Shown here in pieces: positions 52,656-64,000 of a stretch of 64,000 nucleotides of DNA. This DNA comes from Octopus bimaculoides (Eukaryota). The stretch spans positions 56,229,154 through 56,293,153 of the forward strand of contig NC_068990.1 in NCBI RefSeq assembly GCF_001194135.2, written 5' to 3'. Each line of letters starts with the position of its first letter. Position 1 is the first letter of the stretch. The position numbers and the translations under genes were made by a program. The notes beneath the pieces were generated by a model. It made no database searches. It saw only the letters and a list, made by a program, of their open reading frames with translations, and was not told where the DNA came from.

Positions 52656-53284
52656 AGAAAACGCAGAGGAGGCGCATGGTAAAAAGTAACAAAAATGGTC
52701 CAAAATATATAATAAAGCAACTGTTAGAAATATTACCGTACTTAGGATCATTGTTGGTATACTGAAACAATGTCAATGATAGTGAATTCCCTGATAGTCC
52801 AGGCGATGGGCATTCGAACGTGGAATAAACGTGTAAATGGCTGTGTTTTCTTCAGCCACATGTATCCTCAGTTCTTGTCTCAGGTGGAATTATTGTGGCG
52901 TACAGCAACGAAGCTGGATCTTTTAATTATAGTTGCAATGCAGAGAATAAGAGAGGGGAACAAAGGGAGAGAGAGAGAGGAGTAGGAGGAGGAGAGATAG
53001 GGAGAGTCAGAAATATAAAGAGAGAGGAAGAGATAAATATAGAGAAGAATCGAACGAAATACCGGATTGGTACTTACTGACTCCTGAAGTTTGAAGGCAC
53101 AGCCGGCTTTAGGTATGATTCGAACTCAAAGTAGACAAGGTCGGAAGAAAGACGTTCTAACGATGTTGCCAATTTGTTGTTATATTAACATAATTTCTGC
53201 AGCAACTGCACTGGTGAGGAGGACAAATAACTGCTTCAAAAGATCATTCAGAAACATATAAACACACGCAAGCAACAAACAATA

Positions 53285-53495
53285 ATCTCTATACTATAGG
53301 TACAAGGCCTAAAATTTTGGGAGAGGGGCATAGTCGATTACATAGGCTCCAGCACGCAACTGGTACTTATTTCATCGACCTCGAAAGGATGAAAGGCGAA
53401 GCCGACCTCGCCGTGATTTGAACTCAGAACGTAGTGACGGGCAAAATACTATCAAGCATTTCGTCCAGCGTGCTAACTGCTCTGCCAGCTAAACA
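53285..53495 (-). mobile_element. SINE family A with TSD-like flanks
   Basis: ACAAACAATAAT occurs on both sides of the copy. Confidence 0.85.
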
Positions 53496-54465
53496 AACAA
53501 TAATGAAATCAACCTGAAAGAAAAGGAGTCAACTGAAAAAGCAATAGCGAGAAATTCTATAGAAATAAAGAAAATAAAAAGCAGTAATTTAAACAAAAAC
53601 ACTTTAGGCAAGAAATCTTCATTGAGTCGCAAAACTTGCTGTTATAATGGAAAGTAATCACATGCTTTTGGATAAAATGAAAGCATGTGGCTAAATTAAA
53701 GTATTTTTGCAAAGAATTCTATTAAGATAAAACTATACCATTTCATTTTTGTGTTTAGTTTTTGCAAGATTCTTGAAGTGAACTCGTGTGTTCAAAGAAA
53801 TTCTGTTGTACCTTCGGAGGGTCATTACGTCAATAATACTCATGTACATCGTTAATGAGGTCGCAAATGGTGACAAAAGGACTTTGATAAACAACCGATG
53901 GATGGATAAACAGAGTAATTAAGCAAGCAATCGATTTGTTGACTGGTTCAATGAATAAGTGAAATTGAACCAGTGCATGTATATTTTTAACTGGATAAAT
54001 ATCAAAATAAATATCAAAAGAAGTAGATTTTTGGAAAAGAAATATGGAGAGAACAGCGGATGAAGAGCTTTTGGCGATGATTTTAATAACAACAATCGTA
54101 AGAAATATCAGCCCCGAAGTGTTACAGAATGCAATCGAGTGGAAAGTGCATGGAAATGTGAAAGTGACAAATTTGTGACTAAATGTAGCAAGTTTTCACA
54201 AAACAATTATAAATACCTTTTTAATTTTTAATTTTTTTTTTGTGGTTTAGTCGGTAGTCAGAAGAAGACGGATAGAGTTCAAAACTTATTTGTAGAATCT
54301 CCGAGACCATTTGGGGAAACTGAGTTCGATTTCTATAAACTCCAACCGAAGAACTGGTCCAAATGTTTGCACCAAAGTTAACTCCTCCGAAAACATCTAT
54401 TATAGTTTGAAAGAGGGAGGGGGAGAGAGAAAGAGAGAGGAGGAGAGAGAAAGAAAGAGAATGGG

Positions 54466-54504
<39 letters not shown>

Positions 54505-56344
54505 GAGAGAGAGACAGAGAGAGAGAGACAGAAGGGAGATCCCTGTAAAGAGTCGGTACTTTATCTATTGATATCTATTGAATACAAGAGTAAGAACAGC
54601 GACGTTGACCACGTCTTGATGTGAACATAATGCACAGAGAACCGAATCCCAAGGTATTCCATCTGACGTTCTAGCGTTTTTGCTAATCTTCCCCCCCCCC
54701 TTGGTAGAACGCCTAAATTAGCATCGGATGTAGTTATCTACCCCAAAATAGATACATCTTATCGTACATCCTTCCGAATAGCTTCTGCTTATTTAGCTTC
54801 GCTGATGATACCTAGAATTGACCCGCGGATGTGATCGAAAAAAACTTTCATAAAGTGTCGAGCTGTGGGATAGAACCCGAAACCACGTGATTGCAAACTG
54901 AATTTCTAATCTGCACTCTGTAATACGGCTATTACATCGCCAACGTTCCAATGAAAACATCAGAAATAACACCTGGTTGGCTTCTCAACAAAGAACCTAT
55001 CTTAATTCACAAGACTGAAGAAACAATAAACTCCTAGAACTACGGACTAATAATCAGCCTACCTACAGTTTTCGAAGCCTTAACAGTCATATTTATCACA
55101 AAGGAAAAATACTAATGCTGTGAAAAATAACATACATTCATAAGAACAAAAGAGACATAACGAAGGTTCATATGGGTTTGAATATCTCCTGATCAACAAG
55201 GAAAGGTTGACTGAAAGCTCTCGGAAAGGGGGAAGCAGTTAGAGCATGGTCTGGAGTTTATAATGCTTCCCTCTTGTAGTTTCTGTAAACATTAATCATA
55301 GGTAATGTAGTCCCAAATAGATGAAATATGCCTTCTATAAATAGAAAACTATTTTAACAGATCCTCACAGAGAGGGGTTTATATTAGAAGAATCATGTAA
55401 ACTCTATTCGCTTTTCTTCTTTTCTTTATTCAATTTGGCACTAACAAAAGAATCACAGATATAAAGGAAGGATGTTGTCGGTTAAAGTAAGTCAGTATTT
55501 GACTATTAATTAACGAGTAAATAAGGGTACTAGAACGTCATCACTCGACGTTCTACAAATGACAGCCGAAACTTTCTTCATTAACAATGTGCCGTCTTAG
55601 GAATAAAACTCAACTGGTAAATAGAATCCTACGTTCGTGCACTTTACATAGGAGAAAAGGTGGTCATGCTTTGAACATTTTGCTCAAAATAGACCTATGC
55701 CCAAATATGTATATAACAACAGGTAACCTAAACTGTGCCGGTGTTTATTCATCATTTATGTATACATTTTGTATAATTTTTCCATTTTATATGTATGTGT
55801 ACACTCGACTCTGCTCCAATCTGGCTGGTCCCAAGAAAATCTATGGACGGCAAAAAAAAAAAAAGAAAAAAAAAGGGAAAAATGATACACAATTACAAAT
55901 ACAAACAAAAGGACATTAAGAACAGGTGTCTTTCGACTAAGGACGAATTAAATAAAGCTGGCGTTTTTTGAACTGAAGCCTTACGGCAGGAACATAAGAG
56001 ATGAAAGTCATGGGAAGGGGTATCAGAGATGCCACTTGGTAGTCGAACCAAGAAAGAAAGGTCAGGCTTGGCGGAAGAAGGGTCACGTAGGAGGAAAGAA
56101 GAGAGGTAGGGGGCAGAGTGATTGAAGAATTGGGGAGGGACGAGAAAGAGAAAAAGAAAGGAAAGGGACAGAGTAAGGTAAAGGAGGAGGGAAAGTGATG
56201 AGAATGAAGGGAAGGCCAAGAAATGTGGGAGAGGGGGAGCGAGAAAAAAAGAGTGAAGAGAACGAAGAAAGTGTGAAGGGAGCTAAAAGAAAGAGTAAAC
56301 TTTACGAAAACGCGTAAACTATAAAAATTGATAACAATTACCAA

Positions 56345-56657
56345 CAGAATTGTTTGTTCCTTCTCGAGTCCTGCCTGGCTCATAAGGGCTGGTTTCCCGG
56401 TTTCAATGGCGTACAGGTTCCCCACCTGGACGGCACGCCATTTCGTCACAGATAAGCTGCTAGATACAGGAGGAAAGAGTGAGAGGAAATTGTTGCGAAA
56501 GAGTCAGCAGAAGTTCGCCATTACCTTCTGTCGGAATCGTGTAAGAGCTTAGGCTTTTTTGCTCATAAACACACTCATATCGCCCGGTCTGAGATTCGAA
56601 CCTGCGATCCCTCGACCGCAGGTCCGCTGATCTAACCACTAGGCCATGTGCCTCCAC
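56345..56657 (-). mobile_element. SINE family B'
   Basis: The rc matches 16008-16320, including the ggcgtgccgtccag...cgccattgaaaccggg tail. Confidence 0.82.
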
Positions 56658-56914
56658 AGCAACAGAATTACGATTATAAAATTCCCCTGTATGAGGGAAA
56701 TACCACCCTGAGGGGTCTAAGGAATTCACCTTGTTTACCCGGATTCACCCGGATTCACCTTGTTCACAAGGAGAGCCATAGCATATGCTTCTCTCCCGTC
56801 AGTACTTTCTAGCCTACAGACGCATGCTTTGAGTAGATTCATTCACTCAGGCTATTCTCGCTACATTCGACCATCATTTCATAAATTTAATGGGAAGTAG
56901 CACATCCCTCTCCA

Positions 56915-57200
56915 CCTTCACTCTCTTTCCAAATGGAAAACTTTAAAACGTCGACGAGGGCTTGGTCAATAAGACAAGTGTTTACCTTCAGTCCCTTCGG
57001 TTGCGTACATTATATAACCTCTTTCGCTATAGCTATCAGGCAGAGGAAAACTGTCTACTCATTCTGGGTAAAGGCAGACTGCAGGGCGACCTTCCTGATG
57101 AAGTCGACTGGGAGCCGGATCCGCCCGCACGTGACAGTAGCTGTTCGACATAACTCCACAAGTCAGCAATGCTCGACAACTGTATGAGAAGTTGCAGAAG
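56915..57200 (-). pseudogene. L1/Tx1-type LINE ORF2 C-terminal relic
   Basis: SIADLWSYVEQLLSRAG/RIRLPVDFIRKVAL...VFLCLIAIAKEVI*CTQPKGLK...KFSIWKE, resembling the region after the ORF2 zinc finger of Tx1-type elements (from recall). Confidence 0.5.
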
Positions 57201-57444
57201 GATTCTTCATCATACAAGTTTGTTGAATTTCCTTACTCAAATTATTTTGTGCATTATAGGAAACCTACGAAATAAAGCGAGCTTTATAAACTTGACACAA
57301 TGGATAAACTACTGGCATTCAAGAATTATAACGAATTATCAAATTGCAACTCAAAATTGATTTCTTCATGCTTTCACATGTGCAGGCACCCGCTAAAAAA
57401 CTTAGAGACATCCCTGAGGGAGTAACATGAAATGCCAATCCTCT

Positions 57445-57552
57445 TTCTCTCTCTCTCTGTCTCTGTCTCTGTCTATCTGTCAGTCTCTCTCTATATATAC
57501 ATGTGTGTGTGAGAATGTTTATATATCTATATGCATGCATATGTTTGTATAT

Positions 57553-57613
<61 letters not shown>

Positions 57614-57794
57614 TACATATGTTTGTATGTATGTATATCTATCTATNNNNNNNNNNNNNNNNNNNNNNNNNNNNNNNNNNNNNNNNNNNNNNNNNNNNNN
57701 NNNNNNNNNNNNNNNNNNNNNNNNNNNNNNNNNNNNNNNNNNNNNNNNNNNNNNNNNNNNNNNNNNNNNNNNNNNNNNNNNNNNNNNNNNNNNN

Positions 57795-57834
<40 letters not shown>

Positions 57835-57835
57835 G
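57445..57835. repeat. Compound (CT)/(TA)/(TG) microsatellite with N-gap
   Basis: Directly visible. Confidence 0.95.
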
Positions 57836-58934
57836 TGTGGGTGTATGTGTGTAAATGTAGATGTTTGTATTCCCATAACATTTGTTTTCATTTTCAGCTT
57901 ATTTAAATTCATTCACATTTTCATTTTCATTACTATCTTTCATTTTCTTTTAATATAGTATTCTACGTTTAATTAATTTAATGATAGAATGGAAGGATCT
58001 TATTCTGTTACTAAATTAATAAGCACGTATAGAAAAACAATATAGACATCATAATTGTTAAGACAGTGTATCGTTATTGAATATAAATTTTCTTTACATT
58101 TTCCTTCATACGTATTTTCTTTTCTCCATTCACTAAACACCCCCAGGAAAAATGAGTAATTAAGTTACTGACCTCTTTTCGTTTATAAATACATTCAATA
58201 TATGAAACTATGAATCTACGGTTGATATATACACAGATACTGCCCAACAGGAATAAGTATATATGAATACATCCGTATGTATACGCATATAATAATTAAA
58301 ATAAATAGTATAATGTACAAAATACTAAATAGTTCGGACGAAATACAGACACATAAACGTATACAGAAAACCATTTGAAGAAGCTCAGAAGGTTGCATAC
58401 AGAATAACGACAAACTTAACAGCCGATGGGAATGTTTGGATCATAATTCAAACCGAATCAGAAAAATATCACATTTCTGATTTTAGAAATAAAAACGTGT
58501 GGTTAGATTATGAAGCATTACCCGAAGAGCCATGTTTGAGTGAAACAATTTGTACCATAAACTGAAAGAATATAAGTATGATTGTGTATGCGAGTATATA
58601 TATATATAAATACATTTACACCACAGACACAACCCCACGAAGACACATACAGACACGTACACGCAGATACATACATACACACGCATACACAGACACAGGC
58701 ACATATTGCACCGAAAAGACAGCTACTCCTACCAAAAATTCTTACTATAAATTCTTCCTACGACATTAAGCGACCCGAAGTCCACTCGCACACATATATT
58801 AACAGCTAAAATCACACACAGACGCACACACACGCACATACATGTGCTATTATTACACACCCACACCCACACACAAACACACAGAACTGTGCGCACGCAC
58901 ATACCCACACATACACACACAAACCTCCTTCTCT

Positions 58935-59190
58935 TGCACACTCCTGTCTTAGAAAGAACTTACCCATTTCCTTCCGGTCATTTCTAAATGTAACCACGTG
59001 TGTAACGTTGGCGATTTTCTTTCTCCATCTTCTCTGTCTTTGGACTTTTCTCTATTTCTGAAGAAGAGCTTTGCTTGAAACGTTAAATCCTCTTTCCTTC
59101 ATTTCCTGAGCGTCTGATAATAAAATACTTGTACTGCGTCCTCGCGTTATTGTTTTTTCTCGTTTGTAGTTTGTTTGGATTCACTATATA
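58935..59190 (+). mobile_element. Solo Penelope-type pseudo-LTR / retrozyme-like fragment
   Basis: Non-coding, pyrimidine-rich segment between microsatellites carrying a hammerhead core. The PLE assignment is inferred from the established PLE-hammerhead association. Confidence 0.5.
59054..59088 (+). ncRNA. Minimal type I hammerhead ribozyme motif
   Basis: ATTT-CTGAAGA-A-GAGC-TTT-GCTT-GAAA-CGTT-AAAT: core boxes CUGAAGA (59058-64) and GAAA (59077-80), 4-bp stem II, palindromic ACGT helix III, ATTT/AAAT helix I. Confidence 0.62.
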
Positions 59191-59204
59191 CATACATACA
59201 TACA

Positions 59205-59233
<29 letters not shown>
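59190..59233. repeat. (CATA)n microsatellite
   Basis: Directly visible. Confidence 0.95.
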
Positions 59234-59235
<2 letters not shown>

Positions 59236-59883
59236 CAAAACAGGTAATTTTGGATATAACAGCCCGGTCAAATTCTCCATCAAATTCGAATGTTAAAGAC
59301 CTAATATATTATTTAGTAAAATCCTAATATATTTGTTTGGGATGGAAATGAAAACATATGTTCTTCTATTGAGTCCAGTTGCCCTGCAGAAGTGAATCGT
59401 TTTTTTTTTTATCTTCATAAAATGAGAAAATACTTGCTATAACAGGTTGAAAACACAGTGCTTCTGAATAGAGATTTAGATTTCACCCTTATACACATAA
59501 TCTTCGGTGTATTAAGTCGTATTACTAAGTGTCTGAATGGTAATTTAAAAAATGAAAAATAAGATGGTTATATTTTCTGACAAAACAATAACAACAATAA
59601 ACGGTTAGTTAGCACATCTTCGAAAATTTAATCAGAAACGAAACGGTGGAAACATGCAAGACGTTTCTAAAATTCAAAATATAATCCTTTACGGTTATTG
59701 TTATCTAAAATTCTAGCGATGGTGCTTTGTTTCTGTGATAGAAACAAACTCTTTCTTTATGGGAAGAATTCAAAGAATTCAAAAAGAAACATTGTGTACA
59801 CATACATTCGTTTCATACATACGTATATGCATTTTTACACGCATAGACACACTTACACATACACATATTTGCCTCTCTCTCTC

Positions 59884-59915
<32 letters not shown>

Positions 59916-59925
59916 NNNNNNNNNN

Positions 59926-59963
<38 letters not shown>

Positions 59964-61097
59964 GCATACATTATTCTCGCACATCCTCTTAGAACTCATT
60001 TTCTTTCTCATGTTCTGCTAAAAGCTTTATACTCTGATACAGTTTAGCAATGTCTGAAATATAACTTTTTTGATGAGGTTTAGAGAATATTAGGTTTGCT
60101 GAAACAATAGTGAGCAAGTTGAAGGAATATGAATGAACGCATTTACAAAGTACCTCGTTTCGTCATCGAGTTCTTGCATAATTGTGGACTAACAATTTTA
60201 CCAGATCGGAAGCATCCATATACATACAAATACACTCAAACACATATAAACATACACGCAGGCAGTCACAACATACATTCATACATAGATACATAGATAC
60301 ATACATACATACATACATATATGCAAACACACACACGCGCACATATTCTGTTCGCGTGTATGAGTTTGTGCTCTTTTTTTAATTAAGTTTGTACAAGCGT
60401 ATTCTTATGTCGTATTTGCACAACTGAATACGACGAAGCGTATATTATTCTTTTCCAAAGGAAGCTATGAGAACCATTTTATTCTATGCATGTGTACATC
60501 CGTTTGTCTTTTGATTACTTAAATATATTAAGACGATGTGTCATTTTTGCCTATGTTAAAAATCAATGCACGAGGACAATATTATAGCAGAACTAATGAG
60601 AAAACGTTATCTTCAGTTTAATATCGCTGCAAAATATGTTAGGATAATTTTGAGTTAGAGTATACAGCATGTTGTATTAGTTTAGCTACCGGAGTTTGCA
60701 ATGTTTTACTACATAGTTTGTTAATCAGAAAGAGAACGTGTTTGTATGTTAAACGTATTATTTCCTCTACCTAAAGTTAAATTTTACTATACATGTCAGG
60801 AAGCCTGACAAGTCTATCTTAAGTATACATTTTAGCTATTTCTTAACATAAAAGTCTTCAGTTTTCGATCTGCAGTATTTCAACTTTTCATTCGAAATTG
60901 CATTTCAAAGTTGATATTTCATATAGCCACCTGCATTGCCACAGGTAAGTGTATTTATGAAGCTCACTCAATTGTATTTGTCAAAAGCTGAACCTTCGTG
61001 AAAAGTATTATACATATCTATGTTTATATTCGTATTGATATGTAATTGTTTAGTATATATTTCTCAGGATAAACATGAAAAATTTAGTAGAAGTACC

Positions 61098-61157
<60 letters not shown>

Positions 61158-61341
61158 CCTTTCTATTATAGGCACAAAGCCTGAAAGTTAAGGGTAGGGG
61201 AAAAGTCGATTACATCGACCCCAGTGCATAACCGGTACTTATTTTCTCGACCCAGAAAAGATGAAAGGCAAAGTCGACNNNNNNNNNNNNNNNNNNNNNN
61301 NNNNNNNNNNNNNNNNNNNNNNNNNNNNNNNNNNNNNNNNN

Positions 61342-61430
<89 letters not shown>
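61098..61430. repeat. (TAA)n arrays (61098-61157, 61342-61430) enclosing a family A SINE fragment (61158-61278) and a gap
   Basis: Directly visible. Confidence 0.95.
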
Positions 61431-62880
61431 GGAAGGAGATGGTATACAGAATACTATTATGAAAGAAAAAATAAGAAAGAAGTATTACAGGAGAGTAAGA
61501 CTCATACTAAAAACTGAACTCGACTCCACAAAATCGCATCGAAGCCATTAGCACCCTGGCACTTCAAGTAGTCCGATATAGTTTTCACATTATTAACTGG
61601 AATCGTACAGAGCTTCAACGCCTGAGCAGGAAGATAAGAAAACTACTAACATCTAAGAACATGCACCACCAAAAGCAGACATTCGTCATCTGTACCTACC
61701 TAGAAGTAATGGGAGAAGAGTAATGATGCAGGTAGAACTGTGCTGTAAGACCTCCACAATAGCAATGAACAATTATTTATCTAGTATAGAGGACTGGATG
61801 CTGCGGCTTGTGTGCAAACACGAAAACAGCAAAAAATCACATTCTATTGTCAAGGAGGCTTGAAAATTTGCAATGGAACTTGGCATTAACCCTGAATTAG
61901 ATGAAGAACCTAAAACCACGGCTACCAAAGAAGCAAAACGGATAAAAAAGACGGCAAAAAAAGAATGGGCAGAAACAAATTGAGTAGCGGTGGAGTCAGA
62001 AGCCTCTGCATGGACAGTATATACTTCGAAACCGAAATGCTGATGTAAACCAAGCAACAACCCATCAGTGACTGAGAAGCTCAGAACTGAAAACAGAGAC
62101 TGAAGGTTTCATATTAGCGGCACAAGACCAAAGTTTGCTTACCAAAAACTAACGGTCTTCAAAACGGTTCTGATTCTAAATGCAAATTCTGCGATACATT
62201 TGACACAACAATAGACCAGCTCGTCTCAGGATGTTCTGTGCTGACACCAAACGAATACAAAAATCGCCACGATAAGGTAGGACAGTATTTACATTGGAAA
62301 ATACGTAAGCACTACAAAATCAACACTCCTACTTACTGCTATGAACATCATCCTGAGTCAGTCATTGAAAGTAAAAATGTCACTATCCTCCACTCAACAC
62401 CGACAAAACGATCCAGGCTAATTGACTAGATATAGTCATTAAAGACTGGGGGAGAAAATACTTGTAGACTAATAAATGTAAGTGTTCCTACTGATAAAAA
62501 GAAATTTGACAAATTAAATAAATATAAAGACTTGGAAATTTAAATACAAAAGATGTGGCATCTTAAAGTAAGAACTGTTCCCGTTACTATGGGTGCCTTG
62601 GTATAAGAGACGGATGTCAAAAACATCTACATAATATCCCAGGAGAACCATGTCTCAGAGGAATCAAAAAGAGTGTGCTAACAACAATTACCCACATCCT
62701 TAGAAAAACACTATCAATTTAAATGTCTGTGCTGTATTACTTGAAGATATTTCGCTACTGCCCCTGCCACTTCCCTTCCCCAAGCTTTCCGTCATAGTGT
62801 AACATCACTTATCCTTCACTCGCCCTAGGACACTGAGTATGTCTCGGCAAGTGATTGTAACAAATATGCACATTAAAAGT
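61431..62880 (+). mobile_element. Dong/R4-type non-LTR retrotransposon, 5'-truncated, inactive
   Basis: KYYRRVRLILKTEL..NRIEAISTLAL..INWNRTEL..KADIRHLYLPRSNG (RT C-terminus); TEGFILAAQDQSL; CKFC..TIDQLVSGC..YKNRHDKVGQYLHW (CCHC); K..KYKDL; VPVTMGALG; ILRKTLSI* at 62722. (TAA)n on both flanks, the established Dong target. Confidence 0.92.
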
Positions 62881-62881
62881 A

Positions 62882-62977
<96 letters not shown>

Positions 62978-62978
62978 C

Positions 62979-63031
<53 letters not shown>

Positions 63032-63240
63032 CCTTTCTACTATATGTACAAGGCCTGAAATTTGGAGGAGGGGGATAGTCGATTACATCGACCCAGTACT
63101 CAACTGGTACTTAATTTATCAACCCCGAAAGGATAAAGGGCAACGTCAACCTCGGCGGAATTTGAACTCAGAAGTTCCGACGGGCGAAATGCCGTCGAGC
63201 ATTTCGTCCTGTGTGCTAACGATTCTTCCAGCTCGCCGCC

Positions 63241-63314
<74 letters not shown>
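62881..63314. repeat. (TAA)n arrays (62881-63031, 63241-63314) enclosing a full family A SINE (63031-63241, minus)
   Basis: Directly visible. Confidence 0.95.
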
Positions 63315-63318
<4 letters not shown>

Positions 63319-63330
63319 CAACAACAACAA

Positions 63331-63857
63331 TAAAAACAGTTTCAGGCAGTGGCTTTCATGGCTTCTCATCTTCAGGTTGGAAGTGTTATCATGTACATTG
63401 TTTTGTCTTGGTATAAAAGATGGGCTGCAGCAAATATTCTGCTCAATACCACAGATTTGCTTTCCTGTTGTTTGACCTTAACCAATTGAGCATGTCGTTG
63501 GTGGCTGACGATATGTGCATCGCTGATCACGAGCAGAAGTAGGTGGGGAGCATCATAGCCATATATTGAGAGGAATTCTTTGGGGCTTGAACAATTCCCC
63601 TCTGGAAACATGGGTGCTTTCGTTCAATATCCTTAAACAACCCTTATCCAGGGATATTTTGAGCGGGATAGGCTACTCGACATGAAAATTCTAACTGGGA
63701 CTCACCTGCAAGGTCATGCGCTATTTATCTTGATATGAGATCATCATGTCGCGCACATATGGTGTACCCTTATTAGACGGGTAGTCATGATGGGTATACT
63801 GGGCTTCGTATATTTTACCCCAGTGTCACTTTGATAGCATGCACTGCTCTCTCACTC
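63331..63857 (+). mobile_element. About 530-bp non-coding element between TAA arrays, probably a LINE 3' UTR fragment
   Basis: Complex sequence, GC-richer than its flanks, with a sharp ctcactc|(AAT)n boundary and no convincing ORF. Identity is inferred. Confidence 0.45.
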
Positions 63858-63876
63858 AATAATAATAATAATAATA

Positions 63877-63947
<71 letters not shown>

Positions 63948-63948
<1 letters not shown>

Positions 63949-64000
63949 TCCACAGACACGACAGAGCTGGGACCTATATACACTGGAAGCTATGCCAACA
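63948..64000 (+). mobile_element. Second Dong/R4-type insertion, running off the window edge
   Basis: Immediately after (TAA)n 63858-63947: HRHDRAGTYIHWKLCQ, homologous to NRHDKVGQYLHWKIRK in the first copy. Confidence 0.75.

Overview
AT-rich, repeat-saturated eukaryotic DNA from a short-read assembly, with 11 N-gaps that mostly sit inside microsatellites. The SINE repertoire and microsatellite load suggest an octopod cephalopod, probably intronic or intergenic (inference from recall; no database search was run). I found no intact protein-coding gene, tRNA/rRNA gene or CRISPR array, and nearly all ORFs in the track are microsatellite or transposon artefacts. Supported content: about 40 copies of one tRNA-headed SINE family plus several other SINE families; a hAT-type MITE (768-1024); an internally deleted Chapaev3-type transposon with TIRs and a TTA TSD (10084-10980); a Penelope GIY-YIG relic (11160-11605); a near full-length dead Tc1/mariner (25749-27146); a 610-bp foldback element with an 8-bp TSD and a telomeric-repeat palindrome at its centre (35729-36338); a 126-bp TA-TSD MITE; several decayed LINE fragments; a minimal hammerhead ribozyme motif (59054-59088); and two different restriction-like-endonuclease (RLE) retrotransposons, each embedded in its own microsatellite type, (CATA)n at 50057-50920 and (TAA)n at 61431-62880 and 63948-end. 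The best leads are the microsatellite-targeting retroelements, the telomere-palindrome foldback element and the ribozyme.
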